64,000 bases of DNA. It comes from Botryllus schlosseri. Lineage: Eukaryota. The position numbers and the translations under genes were made by a program. The notes beneath the pieces are model-generated. The model saw nothing but the letters and a program-made list of their open reading frames with translations, made no database searches and was not told the origin of the DNA. Below, piece by piece: positions 11,667 to 26,131 of the stretch. Position 1 is the first letter of the stretch. Each line of letters starts with the position of its first letter. Location of the stretch: assembly GCA_051294905.1 (NCBI GenBank), contig CM119372.1, positions 29,018,001-29,082,000 on the forward strand, written 5' to 3'.

Positions 11667-13525
11667 CAGGACCGTAACAGCACTTCGTCTGCCCCCCCCC
11701 AAAAAAAAACGTTGGGCGTGGGCTCCCCACAAGGTAATAAACCAAATTTATTGGGGGGGGGCTTCGCACCACAGACCCCCCCCCAATTTCCGGACACCTC
11801 TTTACCGCTGCTTCTTAGCGAAATTTGTTGTACTCACTTTAGTTATTCGGCTTGTTTCGAATAAAAACGCGCGAAACGAGAAATATTTGTATACTTCATC
11901 ATTGAATCGACCAATTTTCATCGATAATTGCATATATATTGCTGTTAATTTTTTATCCTCTCTATGCTCATGTAATCAGACTTACCGGTACAGCTGAGTG
12001 AGGTGTCGTGGAAAATGTATGGCCCGTAAATGATAATTAAACATATTCGGGGGAACCCGTTGGTATAATGCAGTGGTTCCCAACCTGTGGTACGCGTACC
12101 ACTAGTGGTACGCGAAGGTCTTCCAGGTGGTACGCGAGTAGATTCTGCTTTTTTTTCGACCGACGGTAGTTATTAGTTAAGGTGGGGTTGAACACAAAGA
12201 TTGTTCTCCAATACACTTCAGGCTTAGCATGGCCTCCTCGTACTAGACTCTAGCTTCTCACGCTATTCCCCAGCTGCTAATTTCCCCTTCTACGTGGGAG
12301 CGCGAGCAAGGATTTTTATCTCTGATGACTATCAAGTCGAAGAAACGAAACCGACTAGTTGCGCCCATGCAGGACTTTCGATGCGCTGTGAGCAAACATA
12401 TGCCCCGCATCGACCAACTAGTGCAGTGGTTCTCAAACTAGGGGTGGTGGTGAAAACATCTGAAGGGTGGCGCGAAGCTGAAGCCAACTGAAAAAAAGTT
12501 TTCGCGCTTCGCGCGATTTACCCCTATCCAATCACATTGTTTTTGCTCTGTGTGTAGTTCTGATTGCATATTTGAGAATTCTATCATCAACTGTCATAAC
12601 CTTCCATGCCATCTAATTATTAGTTGGGATTGCTAGCATTCTGGTTGCATTTTGTGATATGACGATTAGGGGGAGGGGGCGAAATTTTTCTCTATCATAA
12701 ACGGGGGCGTGTCTATAAAAGTTTGATAACCGCTGAGCTAGTGGAAAATTAGCTAATGCAGCCATCGCATAAAAAACAATTTCATGCATCCCATTAACCC
12801 TGGCTGATAATGCCTAGTTTATTAGTATTTGCTATTACGCCTCGCATGGGTGAAATACGTCGTTATGACGTCATAAATGACGGAAACATTTTTGACCGCC
12901 TTCAGCGCGCGTAACTTATGTAGGTGGTACGCGAGCACTGCATAAAACCTCGAAATGGTACGTGGGTGAAAAAAGGTTGGGAACCACTGGTATAATGACT
13001 TCGTTACGTGATGGTATTTCGTGGCCTGTCTGCTATGTCAATATTGAAATCGCCCTGGCAAATTAAAAGACGCACATGATTTCAAATTGGTATTTCTACA
13101 CTGGCAAATAATTTTTCTCTGTGGGATGGCATTTGTTTTGTGGGGTTCCGATTTCCAGAACGAAGTTTTTGGTCAGCATAAGGGCAGTCCTTTTCCGCCA
13201 AGGTTTTCTCGTTCTGGCACACTTCTCGGAGTCGCATGTTACATGGCCTGAAACTTCATGTCTTGCTAAGTCGTGGCGTGATAATGGCCGACGCCGGAAT
13301 GCTCATTTCTATAACTTATGCTTATTTTTTCTTGGCGGACGAGTACCCAATAATCAATAATTTTGACACCAATAAATCACGCGCAGCGCGAAAATTTTTT
13401 CAAAAAGTTTCATATGTTTCCAAAAAAATACAATATAATTAATGTTAATTCACGCGATAATTTTGGGCCTCCTTCGAGCTCGGCCCCCCAATTGAGAGGT
13501 TTTGGGTGCGGCAGTTACGGTCCTG
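11667..13525. mobile_element. Non-autonomous hAT element with two nested hAT MITEs
   Basis: TIR CAGGACCGTAAC, TSD CTCTTTAG/CTCTCTAG; contains 12071-12989 (TIR CAGTGGTTCCCAACC, TSD GTATAATG), which contains 12424-12735 (TSD AACTAGTG/AGCTAGTG). Confidence 0.85.
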
Positions 13526-16381
13526 CTCTCTAGTACTTGGGTGGCCAAACCTGTTTGGTCAAAGAGCCACTTCCGGTTTTTCGAACCATTGCGCTGACCA
13601 CTTGAGTGTTAATGCCCTTTTTTAGGAGCGAGCCGGTTCAAGCCGGGAATACACGATTCGTAAACGCCTCAAGTATGTTTCTTTCATATCTTCTCAAACG
13701 GACGCGATGCGACAGAGGAGAGGGACGAGGAAAAAAGAGGTGCAGAAAGAGCAAGAGTGTGAAAAGTCGCATCCATATTCGCCTTCATGCCTATTTTCAT
13801 ATGTTAAGCGCTATGTCGTGGACGGAAAAACTGATGCGACGTTGGGTTGGCGCTAATTCAGGTTGCAGTGGTTGAACGCGCGGCTATATATATTCTGTAT
13901 GTCGCAATACAATAGGTTCGTTGCCAGCAGATATGAAAATTGATCATGAAAAGCTTATTTGTTCGTTGCCATGGGTTTGGTAGGCCTGTATGCACTATTT
14001 ACCACTTCCTAATGGCCATTTTCACGGTTTCTGCTCTCGCGTCGCTTCAAGAAACAACACACGCTACTATTCGAATACAATCAAATGTCATAGTCAGGTA
14101 AATATCACAGTAGCATAAGTTTTCGTCTTCTCCGATGACGCAATCATACTACTATCACTGAAATGGAAAAACGGGACATTTCAGCATGCGTTCCCGACAG
14201 ATCGTGTGTTCCAGCCTTTACGTAACGATGAACGGAAGGCTTATCATACTACTTACCGAAATTACTGACAATTATATCATGAAAAACCAGTGTGTGTTCT
14301 TGATCTAGCCGCGCGAGGCGCGAAAATAATTAATGAATGCGGTCTATATATTTGGTATTTTCATATAATGGGGTTGCATTTGTACCTGGGTGCTCAGATC
14401 GCAAGTACAGCAGTTCTCGTCGCCTGGACATGTCAAGGGCAAACGTTTCGGTCAACACACGTCGAAAATTTGTTGCCAAGGTTTAAAAGCCTAAAATCAT
14501 TCTGGGAGCTCACTCGTGAACTCATATTTTGATCGACTTGTTATAAATCATGATGTTTTATGGCACCGCGAGATTACAGGCGCAGAAATGCTAGTCACAT
14601 CACTAGACTAATGCATATCAGCATCCTTGATCGATATGCCGGCAATTATTGCGAATACAGTTACGGTAGACTGAGTTCTATAAATTACGGCCTATTATTG
14701 CATTGTTGTTTTGTAGGAGAGGTACTAAATGTAAGAGATGCTTATGCATTAAATCACTCCAGGCGAGATGAACATATTCAACATATATCTGCCGCGCAAT
14801 ACTGTACTTTGAGAAAAATAACTAGAGATTGCTGAGGTATAGCGGGTTGGCTTCTGGCATGAGCATGGCATGAATACGACATTGCGTCGAAAATCTTTTA
14901 TAACAATCCAAATTCTGCGGTGATGCTACTACCAGTGGCGGCTCGTCCTATAGGGCAACTGGGGCATTGCCCCACCTAAAATTCTGTTCAATAACAATTT
15001 AACCATTTATAGACGCACAGCAATCAATATATACCGGGATCACAGCGAAACCCGCGTTCTTGTGCTTTCGCTTGCAAATGCCCATACATAGCGAAGTTTC
15101 TGCGAAAATCGAATTCTCTTCTGTGTTTTCGCTTTGCGAATGCCTAGCCGGGGCTTGCCCCGGTAGCGCTCATAACAAGCTTTCACTATCTATTCTCTCA
15201 AAGCCGCGCACAATAAAGAAACGGTGATTTACTCTCTCCTATTCGTAAAATGGCCGAGCAAGCGGGGCAAATATGCCTGTTTGCCCCTAAGGTGTGATGT
15301 AACAATCGTATCTATATCTGAACTCGGTTACCGTAATATGCGTTGAGTCGACCTTTGCTGGTATAGGTCGATTTTGACGGTGTTTCGCACCATGATAATT
15401 CTTGAAACTTGGTATGATATGTCGTGAAGGTAGTATTTAACACTGCTCCAAGTTTCAGGCTTGCTACTTAAAGATAAGGGTAGTGATTTCGTTTCCGAAG
15501 TTCAGTGTGTGCTGATCTATCATGTATACATTGTACACATGTACAGCAAACAGATTTTACTCAAAAGCCGGTATTGGTCTCCATTCATTTTGACGATGTT
15601 CCATACCGAGATCGGTCATGAAATTTGGCACGGTTAGTCTTAATGTTAGTATCAAACGCTGTACCAAGTTTTAAGTTTGTCACTGAACTATGTTAGTGGT
15701 AATTTCCAAAGTCGAGTGAGAGCTGACTCTTCATTTATCGCTAACAGATTTACGCAAAAGCCGTTAATGGTCTCTATTGATTTTAACGATGTTCCATACC
15801 TAGATCTGTCATGAGCTTTTGCACGGTATGTCTTGATTTTAGTATCGAACGCGGTGCCAAGTCATCTCGATGATCACATGAAACAGCTAACTAAGATTCT
15901 CGATTTGCATTCAAATATTCACATAATTTTATGTTCGCCAATGTCCATTTCACTGTGAAATTGTGGCCTTCAAACCATTTGCTTACAATCCCCAGTCAAA
16001 TGAGATAGCTATTTCATTTTCGATGTCGGCTAACAGCTGATCATTCGATCAGCCTATTCCTCGATCTATTTTACTCAAAGTTCGGTGTTCGTCTGTTTGT
16101 ATTGATTTTGACAGTGTACCATGCCGGAATGAGTTATGGGATTGCGTATGCTACTTCTCGATGATTTCTTGTAACAGTATACTAAGTTTACGGCTTAATT
16201 TCATTCATGTATTTATTGACTAATATATTTTCCAACGGCGATTTCGCAGCAGACTTGTAGACAGTAAGCCGTATGTGTTGTGTCACAGTCTCCAGTTTCA
16301 GGGCCAAAATGTCCTATGTGGTTGCGAGGCTGCTGTCCTTAGTTCTTCAAAGACCATTCAAACTGATGTTCTGGATTCAAT

Positions 16382-17438
16382 CAGAGATGCCACTGAGATA
16401 TTTTGGAAAAACCCAGATTTGGACGTTGAAAAATCCCAGAAAAACCCAGATCCTATATTTCACTCAAATTTATATGATATATATAGCTGCAAAACAGTGA
16501 CTGAGAGTCATCAATGACAGTTATACGGACATAGAATAAGTTTTAGCCCTTGATATTGAAATCCCAACTGTTCATTTTCATACTTTACATTTTGCTCAGT
16601 TAAATGAGCAAATCCATCGAAATATGATGCTTTCCTCTCGACACATTGCTACGGGCATTCGGTATGGAGGGGGGGGGGGTCAATACGTAGTTTATTATAC
16701 ATTCGTAATGTTTGTCACAATGCTAATCCCCATCTGTGATGAGGATGATTTTAGGGTAGTTCCAGTGACTGTGAGCTGTCCAGCAGATAGATTAAAAATA
16801 GCTTTCGATTCATTAAACCTGGGACAAACACTTTTATCTGGGATGTTTAGTCGCAAAAGAAACTGCCAGATCATGAAAATAAGGGTACATTTGAATTTGA
16901 CAAACCCCCCTCCCTCTGAATAACTTGCCTGTGTGCCCAAACTGTCTCTTTGAGTGTCCCTGTTGAAAGTGAATATACTCTGATGTCAACATGGTAAATT
17001 AGTTAGATCAACATTTGGCCTTTCCATGTGCATTAATTGCATACTTTACAGCAGTTACATACTATTTACTGACACACAACAAATTCGTTGCAGTGCTAGC
17101 ATTCAAGTCCTAAATCGCTTGGAATTGCAAAACAAATGCTCCAGAGTTGCCTTGTGAAAATGAAATTCTGCGACCTAGTAGTCAGTATTCAATTAAGCTC
17201 TCTCATCACGATAAGACCTCTCATTTTAATAGTAAATGGGTCTCTTTAGACTCAATCACAGTAGAATCCGTCGATATTATAAGATCTTACTAAGCTAATA
17301 TTCAATTTTGCGCCGTAAAATGGACCTGACAAACATGATGTTGAAAAAAAACAGATTTCAAGCACAAAAACCCAGAAACCCAGGTGATGCTCGAAAAACC
17401 CAGATCTGGGTGGAAAAAAACCAGGAGTGGCATCTCTG
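16382..17438. mobile_element. MITE with 8-bp TSD nested in the outer hAT
   Basis: TIR CAGAGATGCCACT, TSD GATTCAAT on both sides; the empty site is visible in the inner copy near 19097. Confidence 0.88.
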
Positions 17439-17705
17439 GATTCAATATGACAGGCCAAATCTATTAGATAACAATTGCGTAGGTCTCCGAACTCGTTGAA
17501 CTTTCCAGTTAGGCTTACGCAATCTCTCGAGTTGTAGTCATTGGAATTAGTCAGGTCAAGTCAAGTGCGAACATGAATCGTATTGAATCTTTGCTCCGTA
17601 CGTAGTTTACGCAGTTGCCTTTAGAGCGAAAATTAAAGATCTAGAAGTTGTCCAGTCCATTGATCTAATCGTAAGCCGGGTGCCTCCGCTTTTGTTACCT
17701 ATCAC

Positions 17706-20700
17706 CAGTGGCGGCTCGTCCTATAGGGCAACTGGGGCATTGCCCCACCTAAAATTCTGTTCAATAACAATTTAACCATTTATAGACGCACAGCGCTCAA
17801 TATATATCGAGATCACAGCGAAACCCGCGTTCTTCTTGTGCTTTCGCTTGCAAATGCCCATACATAGCGAAGTCTCCGCGAAAATCGAATTCTCTTCTGT
17901 GTTTTCGCTTTGTGAATGCCTAGCCGGGGCTTGCCCCGGTAGCGCTCATAACAAGCTTTCACTATCTATTCTCTCAAAGCTGCGCACAATTAAGAAACGT
18001 TGCTTTACTCTCTCCTATTCGTAAAATGGCCGAGCAACCGGGGCAAATATGCTTGCTCGCCCCTAAGGTGTGATGTAACAATCCTATCTATATCTGAACT
18101 CGGATACCGTGATATGCGTTGAGTCGACCGTTGCTGGTACAGGTCGATTTTGATGGTGTTTCACACCATGATAATTCTTGAAACTTGGTATGTCATGTCG
18201 TGATGGTGGTATTTAACACTGTCCTAAGTTTCAGGGTTTCTACTCAAAGTTTAGGGTAGTGATTCCGTTTCCAAAGTCGAGTGTGTGCTGATCGGTCATG
18301 TATCGCAAACATATTTCACGCAAAGCCGGTATTGGTCTCCATTGATTTTAACGATGCTCCTTAGCTAGATCCGTCATGAACTTTTACATGGTATGTCTTG
18401 ATTTTAGTATCGAACGCTGTGCCAAGTCTCAAGGTTGACACTCAATGATTAGGGCAGCAATTTCGTTATTAAGTTCGAGTATGGTAGAGATGTGCGCTGA
18501 TCTGACACTTAGCCTACCTAACGCATTGTGGATTTCACGCAAAAGCCGGTGTATCTGTGTTCCATACTGAGATAGGTGATGAGATGATGATATCATGAAA
18601 CAGTTTACTAACATCCTCGGTTTGCATTCAAATATTTAGTTATATTTTATATTCTCCAATGTCAATTTCACCGTGGAATGGTGGCCTTCGGGCCATTTGC
18701 TCACAATTACAACCCCTGTCAAGCGCGATAGCTGTTTCGTTTTCGATGGCGGCTAACAGCTGATCGCTTGATCAGCCGATTCCTCAGTAAATATTACGCA
18801 AAATTCGGCGTTGATCTGTTCGTATTAATTTTGACAGTGTACCATACCGAAAACGGTCATGAGGCTATACTTCTCGATGATTTCATGTAACAGTGTACCA
18901 AGTTTTCGGCTTTCATCCACGTATTTATTCGGTAATATATTTTCCGAAGGCGATTTTGCAGCAGACATATAGACACTATAGACCGTAAGCCGTATGTGTC
19001 GTGTGACAGTCTCCAGCCTCAAGGCCAGAATCTCCCAAGCTGTACCGGGACCGAATTTCCGAGGCTGCTATCCGTAGTTCTTCAGAATGATGTTTTGGAT
19101 TCAATATGACATTTCCTTGTCCATCTATGAGATAACAATTGCGTATGTGTCCGAACTCGTTGACCTTTCCAGTTAGGCATACGCAATCTCTCGATTTATA
19201 GTCATTTCCATTTCAAGTGCGAACATGAATCGTGTTGAATCTTTGCTCCGTACGCCGTTTAGCCAGCTGCCTTTAGAGCAAAAATTAGAGGTAAAGCGAC
19301 TAGGTCCGTATCAGCCTAGAAATTGCCCATTGATCCAATCGTACGCCGGAGGAAAGCGCACTCGTGCCTTTTCTTCAGCGCATTTCGATAAAAATGAATG
19401 GCTTACTTATGGCGAGGATAAAAACGCCTTGTTTTGCTTTTACTGTCTTTTATTCGACAGTGCCGGTACCGGAAGCAGTGGCTCTTGTTGGAACAAAATT
19501 GGTTATCGCGATCTGAAGCCTTTGTCAGAGCGTCTGAAAACGCACCAAAAATCCCAAGTGCACATGGCTAGTGCAGTTAAATATAAATTGTTTGGCAGAG
19601 TAAATGTAATGTCGCAGCTCAATGAAAGTTATCGCGTATCAGTCTGCAAGCACAATGAGCTTGTAGATAAGAATAGGCATGTTCTCTCTCGGGTGATTGA
19701 TGCCATTAAATTTATTGGAGTTCATGAATTGCCCCTTCGAGGCCACGATGAGAAGGAATGCTCTCTCAATAGGGGGGTATTTTTGGATCTAATTAAATAC
19801 ACGGCTTCCATTGATAGCATTTTGCGCGAACATCTCGACACCGCGACAGTAGCTAAGGGTACCTCAAAGACTATTCAAAATGATGTGCTTGATTCGATAT
19901 ATCACATCTATCTACAGCATTTGTTTACCGAGATTGTTGACGCTGAATTTCTATCTATTCAGTCTGACGAAACAACTGACATTACGTGTTTGTCACAACT
20001 AGTCGTGATTTTTCGGTTCACGAAATTTGGTATGCCAGTCGAACGATTCCACAGCTTTGTGGCTGTTGACGATCGCACTGCTGTCGGAATTTCTTACGTA
20101 TTAAAAAAAACATTACAGCCCTATTCAGTTGAGTCGAAACTTATTGCGCAAACCTACGACGGCGCAGCAGTCATGAGCGGATCGCGACATAGCGTACAAG
20201 TTTTAATGAAAGAAGTTTACCCGCATGCGCATTTTTTGCATTGCTACGCGCATCAGCTCAATCTTGTAGTGAAAAAATGTGCTTAGGAATATCTTCTGTC
20301 AAGATATTCTTTGCAAATCTTTCAGGGTTCTCCTCCTTTTTCTCTGTTTCGCCAAAGCGATCTGATCTATTGCGCGACATATGCAAGCACCGGTTACCTA
20401 GATGCGTATCAACACGGTGGAACTTCCAATCCAGAGTTGTGCAACGAGTGTCAGAGAGTAGGGTGGAGCTTCTGGAATGCTTGTCAGTGATTGAGAGCTC
20501 TCCTGTCTGGGATGATACTTCCATACGTGAAGCGGCGGGGCTTAAACGACTCCTGGAAGACGAAGAATTTTTGTTCTTTTTGAAGCTTTTTTGTGACATC
20601 TTCATGCACGTCGATACACTGTACAGCACTTTTCAGTCGCGTATGGCCGATGGTACTACTGCGCAATTGTGTATTGCACATTTTTGTGAGGCAATTTCGC

Positions 20701-22241
20701 ATATCCGGGCGAATGTACACTTCGCTGGTGACACAGCGCTTTTACGTCGTGGGATAAGTGTGCAAAACCTGCTTTTTGCGGCTTACGAATGTTGCGATAT
20801 ACTGATGTCCCAAATCCAACATCGTCTGAATAGTGACCAGTTGGTTACTTTCGCCCTGTTAAATCCGAGAAATTTCCCTGCCTACAAAATTCATTTTCCT
20901 TCTGGACTACTGCGCAGCGTGCCTCGTTATTACCCGATGATCGACATTGCTCGGTTGGAGAGCGAGTTGACTTGTTTGTATTCTAACACATCCTTTTCGG
21001 AAATTAAAACCACTAGTGAACTTTCAAAATTCCTAGTTGAAAATTCGCTTTCGATCAACTTTGCTACAGTAACTAGCTTTCTGAATATCATTTTGACCAC
21101 CCCGAGTTCATCCGCGGAATCCGAGCGCAGTTTCAGCACATTGAAACGTATCAAGACCTTTCTCAGAAACAGGATGGGCCAAGATAGGCTTAATGCGTTG
21201 GCTGTTCTCTCGATTCACAACGACGTGGTTCTGGGAATTCCAGATTTCAATAAACTCGTTATTGAACATTTTGCTAATAAGAAATCACGTCGCGCACAAT
21301 ACTTATACAAGACATAAATTAATGCTGGTGGGCGGACGACTGTACACATCATGTTCTTTCCGAATAATTTCAATCAAGTGAGCCCAGGTAACTCAACCAT
21401 GTCTATGGCTAAGGAAAAGTGAGTGGTTTTCATCCTTATTACTCGAGGCACACTGACAGTTAATTTACCGATATATTTTGTTATGGCTATGGAAAAAAAG
21501 TGAAAAATTCATCAAGATGAAATAATTTATTCATGAAATTGTTTAATGCGATATGTGCTCGCATTTCAATTTAACACAATGCTTTGATTCCTGCTTGAAT
21601 GATGGCAGGCAGACTCGTAATTAATCTTCCATGGATAACAGCTGGCTTTTTATAATGTTTTACGTTTATGGGTGCCACCGCTTTGATTGCCTATCCCCTG
21701 GTCGTAACGCATCAGGATCGTGTACCAAACACTTTCGGACGAGGGCAAATCGATTTGACTCGCTTTCGGGACGAGAATCCATATACAAATCGGGTCGGAG
21801 GCGCTGCAGCACTTTACAGAATTGCTGAGCATGGAACGATTAAAACACCACAAGGTGTCATGCGAATGCTCTTTGTAGGTAGTTGGTCTGTGTATTTTTG
21901 GTATAGTCTTACTCGGCGCTTGCGTAATCTCTACCACGAAATCATAACGCATGCTACTAAGGATAACCTGATGATTGATCCGTGGCATGGGAACGATTCT
22001 TAGTTCGCGTACATTTTGTAAAATAATCATTTGAATAAAAAACAATGAATAAAACATTTGTTACCGCACTTCAAGTCACGCCACCGGCAAACCTCTCGCG
22101 GCACCTACGTTAAAAATCATTGTTTACGGGAAATTCATGTGGCCATCATGAACGTTGAAAAACGCTACTGTGACGTCATATTGATAACAAGTCGCTTGCG
22201 GCCCTTGCCCCACCACCCGATATTGTCACGAGCCGCCACTG
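17706..22241 (+). mobile_element. Full-length hAT transposon (Tip100 / ZMYM1-like clade), inner element
   Basis: TIR CAGTGGCGGCTCGT, perfect TSD CCTATCAC (17698-17705, 22242-22249); encloses the transposase ORFs. Confidence 0.95.
19225..21317 (+). CDS. hAT transposase (~697 aa once a single frameshift in the A6 run at 20272-20277 is repaired)
   Basis: TTF-type Zn finger (WL...FCFYC...W...H), LPLRGHDE, IQND, DETTD, YDGAAVMSG, HCYAHQLNL, TRW, SAESERSFSTLKRIKTFLRNRMGQDRL; DDE triad present. Confidence 0.92.
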
Positions 22242-23149
22242 CCTATCACCTGGTCGTAACCACCAGCTCAGTGGTCGTAACACACCAGGATCGTGTACGA
22301 AATACTTTCGGACGGGCTTAGAAAAATTAGGGCCTATCGATATGCGTAATCTCTAACTCTACCATGAAATCATAACGCATGCTACTAAGAATGACCTGAT
22401 AATTGATTCGTGGCATAGGGACGATTCTTAGTTCACGTACATTTTGTAGAATAATCCTTTGATTAAAAAAAAATGAATAAAACATTTGTTACCACACTTC
22501 AAGTCACGGCTCACCGGCAAACCTCTCGCGGGAAATTCATGTGACCATCATAAAGTTACTTTTTTACGTTGGAAAACGCCATTGTGACGTCATGTTGATA
22601 AAAGTCGCTCGCAGCCCTTGCCCCACCACCCGATATTGTCACGAGCCGCCACTGGCTACTACTATTATTGGTTGACCATGCGAGTTCACAATAAATTATG
22701 TGGGCGAACAATTCTTTGATATTGTAGCTTTTTTATAGAAAATGACAGCGTCGGCTACGTGTTGGTCACCCCTGCTCAACTAGATATTATATATACTCAT
22801 GACGTTGATGCTAATATATTTTTGAATTTGTTTCCCTAACAAACATATTGAAAAACTGTGACACTTTGGAGTGCCTCGGCACCCGATGATACTTCTGGGA
22901 ACGTAGTAAAGTAGCCTGTGCCTGACAGCATGGTATCCAGAAACACGAAACATCTTACTTGTAGGCTACTTGTAACCATTCGTAATGATAGTTCTTTTTA
23001 CCTGAGATGTGATAGTATAGGAATAGGGCGTTGTACATATTTGTCCTTGATGTTTTTCTCATATACATAGACTCATGATATACATAGGCACGATTCAGTG
23101 TATATGCATACCATGAGTGCATGATGTGCAAGGCAAGTAGTCACGAAAT

Positions 23150-24560
23150 ATCCAGGCTATCTGACAATGTACACCGACGTATCCAAGACTAAGAACGGTG
23201 TTGGCAACGGTCTTTTTATTCCTGTCCACTCGGTTCAGCTATCTAAAACGTTACCGGAAGAATACTGCAGTTTTCCGCCGAATTGAGCGTCTTTCTTCAT
23301 GCCTTGAAGTGGATTACAGCTCATTGCTCATACACTCCCGGCATAGTGTCCTATATGGCGTGGAAACAGCGGGATTGAACGGATCACTGCATTTGGGTTA
23401 CGTCATACTTTCCATTTGAAAAAAGGCAACTTTACGGCTATTTTTGACCGGCTTGCCGAACGTTAAATTCTGTAAAACGGACATCAATCAAAAGCTGCTG
23501 CTGTACTGATTACGAAAACATATATTTTATTCTGCTCATCTCGCTGGAACCCCCCAACATCAGTCTCGAATTGTGCATTGTGATCGAGTTGGGCATTGTG
23601 ACGCAACAATTCTTTCTGGCAAAACGAGACTGAAGCAAAGAAGAAACAGCCAGACAGCATCGTTGCGTTGCAACGTAAAACTTGATCACAATGCAAAATT
23701 TGAAACTGATTTTGAGGGGCTCCAGCGCGATGAGCAGAAAAAAATTTATGTTTTCTTAATCAGTACAGCAGTAGCTTTCAATCTCACTGTGTCTACACCA
23801 TATAGGACACTATATGCTCCCAGTATATTATTCTGTCAGATTGTCTCAGAGACCGCAAATCTATTTCAACAGTATCGCGAATAAAGCTAGCATGCAGTGC
23901 CATCACTATTTTACTAAATATTTTCGAAAATTTACTGCAGGTAATCAATCAGCACCTTCATGCAACTGTGGATTTGATCCCCGGACACATTGGGATCCGG
24001 GAAATATTCAAGCCGATGAACGTGCAAAGACGGTATAGTTCGGTCCTCAACCAACTGCTGCACGGACAGTGTCAATTTCTTGAAGCCAAGGCCGTAATCA
24101 GATTGACAAGACCAATGGCAAGACCAATATCGTTCTTCGGAAACCGAGTCGCACTATCATGAATTCAGAGAAAAAATGCTCACCCGCCAATGCTCACCAA
24201 TCATCTCTCCAATTCCATTATGTTTTGGCTCCACACTGAACACTGCAAGCTGAAGAGTCATCTGTTTAAAATCGGTTGTGTATCATTTCATTATTGTCTG
24301 TCCGTATTATTAATTTCATCGCAAATTTCTGCGCGATGAATATACAAGGCTCAATCTACATTTTAACACTGTTTGATGTGTTATCTAACCCCGCCTTATC
24401 GTCCCCGGTAGTTGATTTTGTTCTCTCTTACAGTACATTCATTTGATTACCCATTGCCTGAATTTGTTTGCGTTGTAGTCCGTGTCACACAAGACCTTAA
24501 ACCATAACAGGTTACAAGTGCCACCCTAAACTTATAATATTAATGATAATATTAATAATA
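23150..24560 (+). pseudogene. Decayed 3' end of an RNase H-bearing LINE, interrupted by a MITE
   Basis: Remnants MYTDVSK, IPGHIGI/PGNIQADERAK and LHTEHCKLKSHLFKIGC align to the RNase H/CCHC region of 34822-37748; similar 3' UTR and TAA-rich tail. Confidence 0.8.
23346..23810. mobile_element. Palindromic MITE flanked by TA
   Basis: TIR GTGTCCTATATGG...CCATATAGGACAC, internal ~120-bp inverted repeat (23486-23610 vs 23660-23780); homologous to the element end at 32952. Confidence 0.8.
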
Positions 24561-24972
24561 ACTGGACCGTAAGTCTTATCGCCCAATCTCACTCACAAGT
24601 TAGACTACATATGTAAAATTGTGGAAATATAGTGGTTTCAAACTGATTGAGGTGGTTCTCAAAATATAAAAGTATCATAGATCGATGTCAATTAGGTCTT
24701 AGTCATGGTCGAAGCACGTTTTGAGATTTCATGACACTGTTTATAAAGCATTACATAATCGAAGGTCACGCAAAACGCCCAGGCGCTCCTCATCTATATA
24801 AATGCAACGATTCCTAGTACTCGAATCCTTGTATTAATTGTAATGATTCGAGTTGAATAGAGAGCGTAGATGTTTTAAAGTACCAAAATATGCGCCTTCA
24901 TGTCAGAAGTAATATTAAGTAATGATATTATTTACTAAGGAGGACGATTTCATTCGATACTACTCTTTTGAC

Positions 24973-26131
24973 CAGGGGCGGCCAACCCGTGGCCCACAGG
25001 TCAAGTGTGGCCCGCAAGAAGGTTTTGAGTGGTCCGCGATACGATTCTCAAAATTAGTTATGATATCACAAAATATAAATTACCCAGGAAAGTTATTGTG
25101 GACTTTGAAGGCCAACGAAAATTTGATTAACCTAACCGCAAAATGTGGATAATTGATGACTAAAATATCGGTTCCGACGCATTGTTGTAGCCAGGGGCCA
25201 GCCTCATTTTTCGTAGAGCTTCGTATCTCATCGCGATTACAACCTTCATGAAAATGAAATGCGAAATATGGGAATGGAAAAAAACGCTTGATATTAAAAA
25301 TGAATATGCCGAAGATATCAATTCAAAAACCGACGAAATCAGAAGAAAATTACGCAAACCAGTGAGAAGACAATGGGATAGAGGGTGAAACGCGAAGCAG
25401 ACCTGATGAAAAATTGAAATCGACCACGCGCGCGCAAACGCTAATACCGAAATACATAGATAATATGCATAACGCAATATTTAAGCGATTTAAGCACTTG
25501 ACTAGTTCCTGTAGAACCTATAATACTTAACGCACTGTTATTTTGACATTCATCCTGAAATCAACCGTAAAAAATGATATATTCAGACAATATACTTACT
25601 GACCATGCCACCGCTAAACGAAAGATGAATGTCATCTTATGCAACATCAACACCCCACGCTTACCTGTATTGTCCTTTTCTACTATGCATTTCTTTTATA
25701 TTTATGTGTGTATTACATTTTGAAATAAAATCACTGAAAAGTTTCGTATATGACCACAAAGTAGAATATTTTGCCGATAAATCCCGTCCTTGCAAAATTA
25801 GCCCAACGGAATATAGAGGCGACCCGCAGTACATGCAAGTAACATTCTTTTTGACCGAATTCATTCACTACCTTTGAAAATATTTAGCGCTTCGCGCGGC
25901 TAGGGTATGAATGCACAATGCACATGTACACTTGTACAGTTGCTCACAGACTTTTCACGTTATAGTTCTTATCGATTTTGATGCGTAGTGATACAAGTCG
26001 TATTTTCACCGTTACCTCATCTGGTTCGCTACTTCCCGACGACTGAAAAAATGTCATCAACATTCAAGTGGCCCGCGTAATGATTCGTATATCTCACGTG
26101 GTCTTTTGGCCGAAAAGATTGGCCACCCCTG
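24973..26131. mobile_element. Non-autonomous hAT element
   Basis: TIR CAGGGG(C/T)GGCCAA, perfect TSD CTTTTGAC. Confidence 0.88.

Larger units (their letters stand above)
14933..22654 (+). mobile_element. Non-autonomous deletion derivative of a Tip100-like hAT (outer element)
   Basis: TIR CAGTGGCGGCTCGT, perfect TSD GCTACTAC (14925-14932, 22655-22662); left ~2 kb and right end homologous to 17706-22241; only a decayed transposase N-terminus remains (~17573-17680). Confidence 0.92.
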
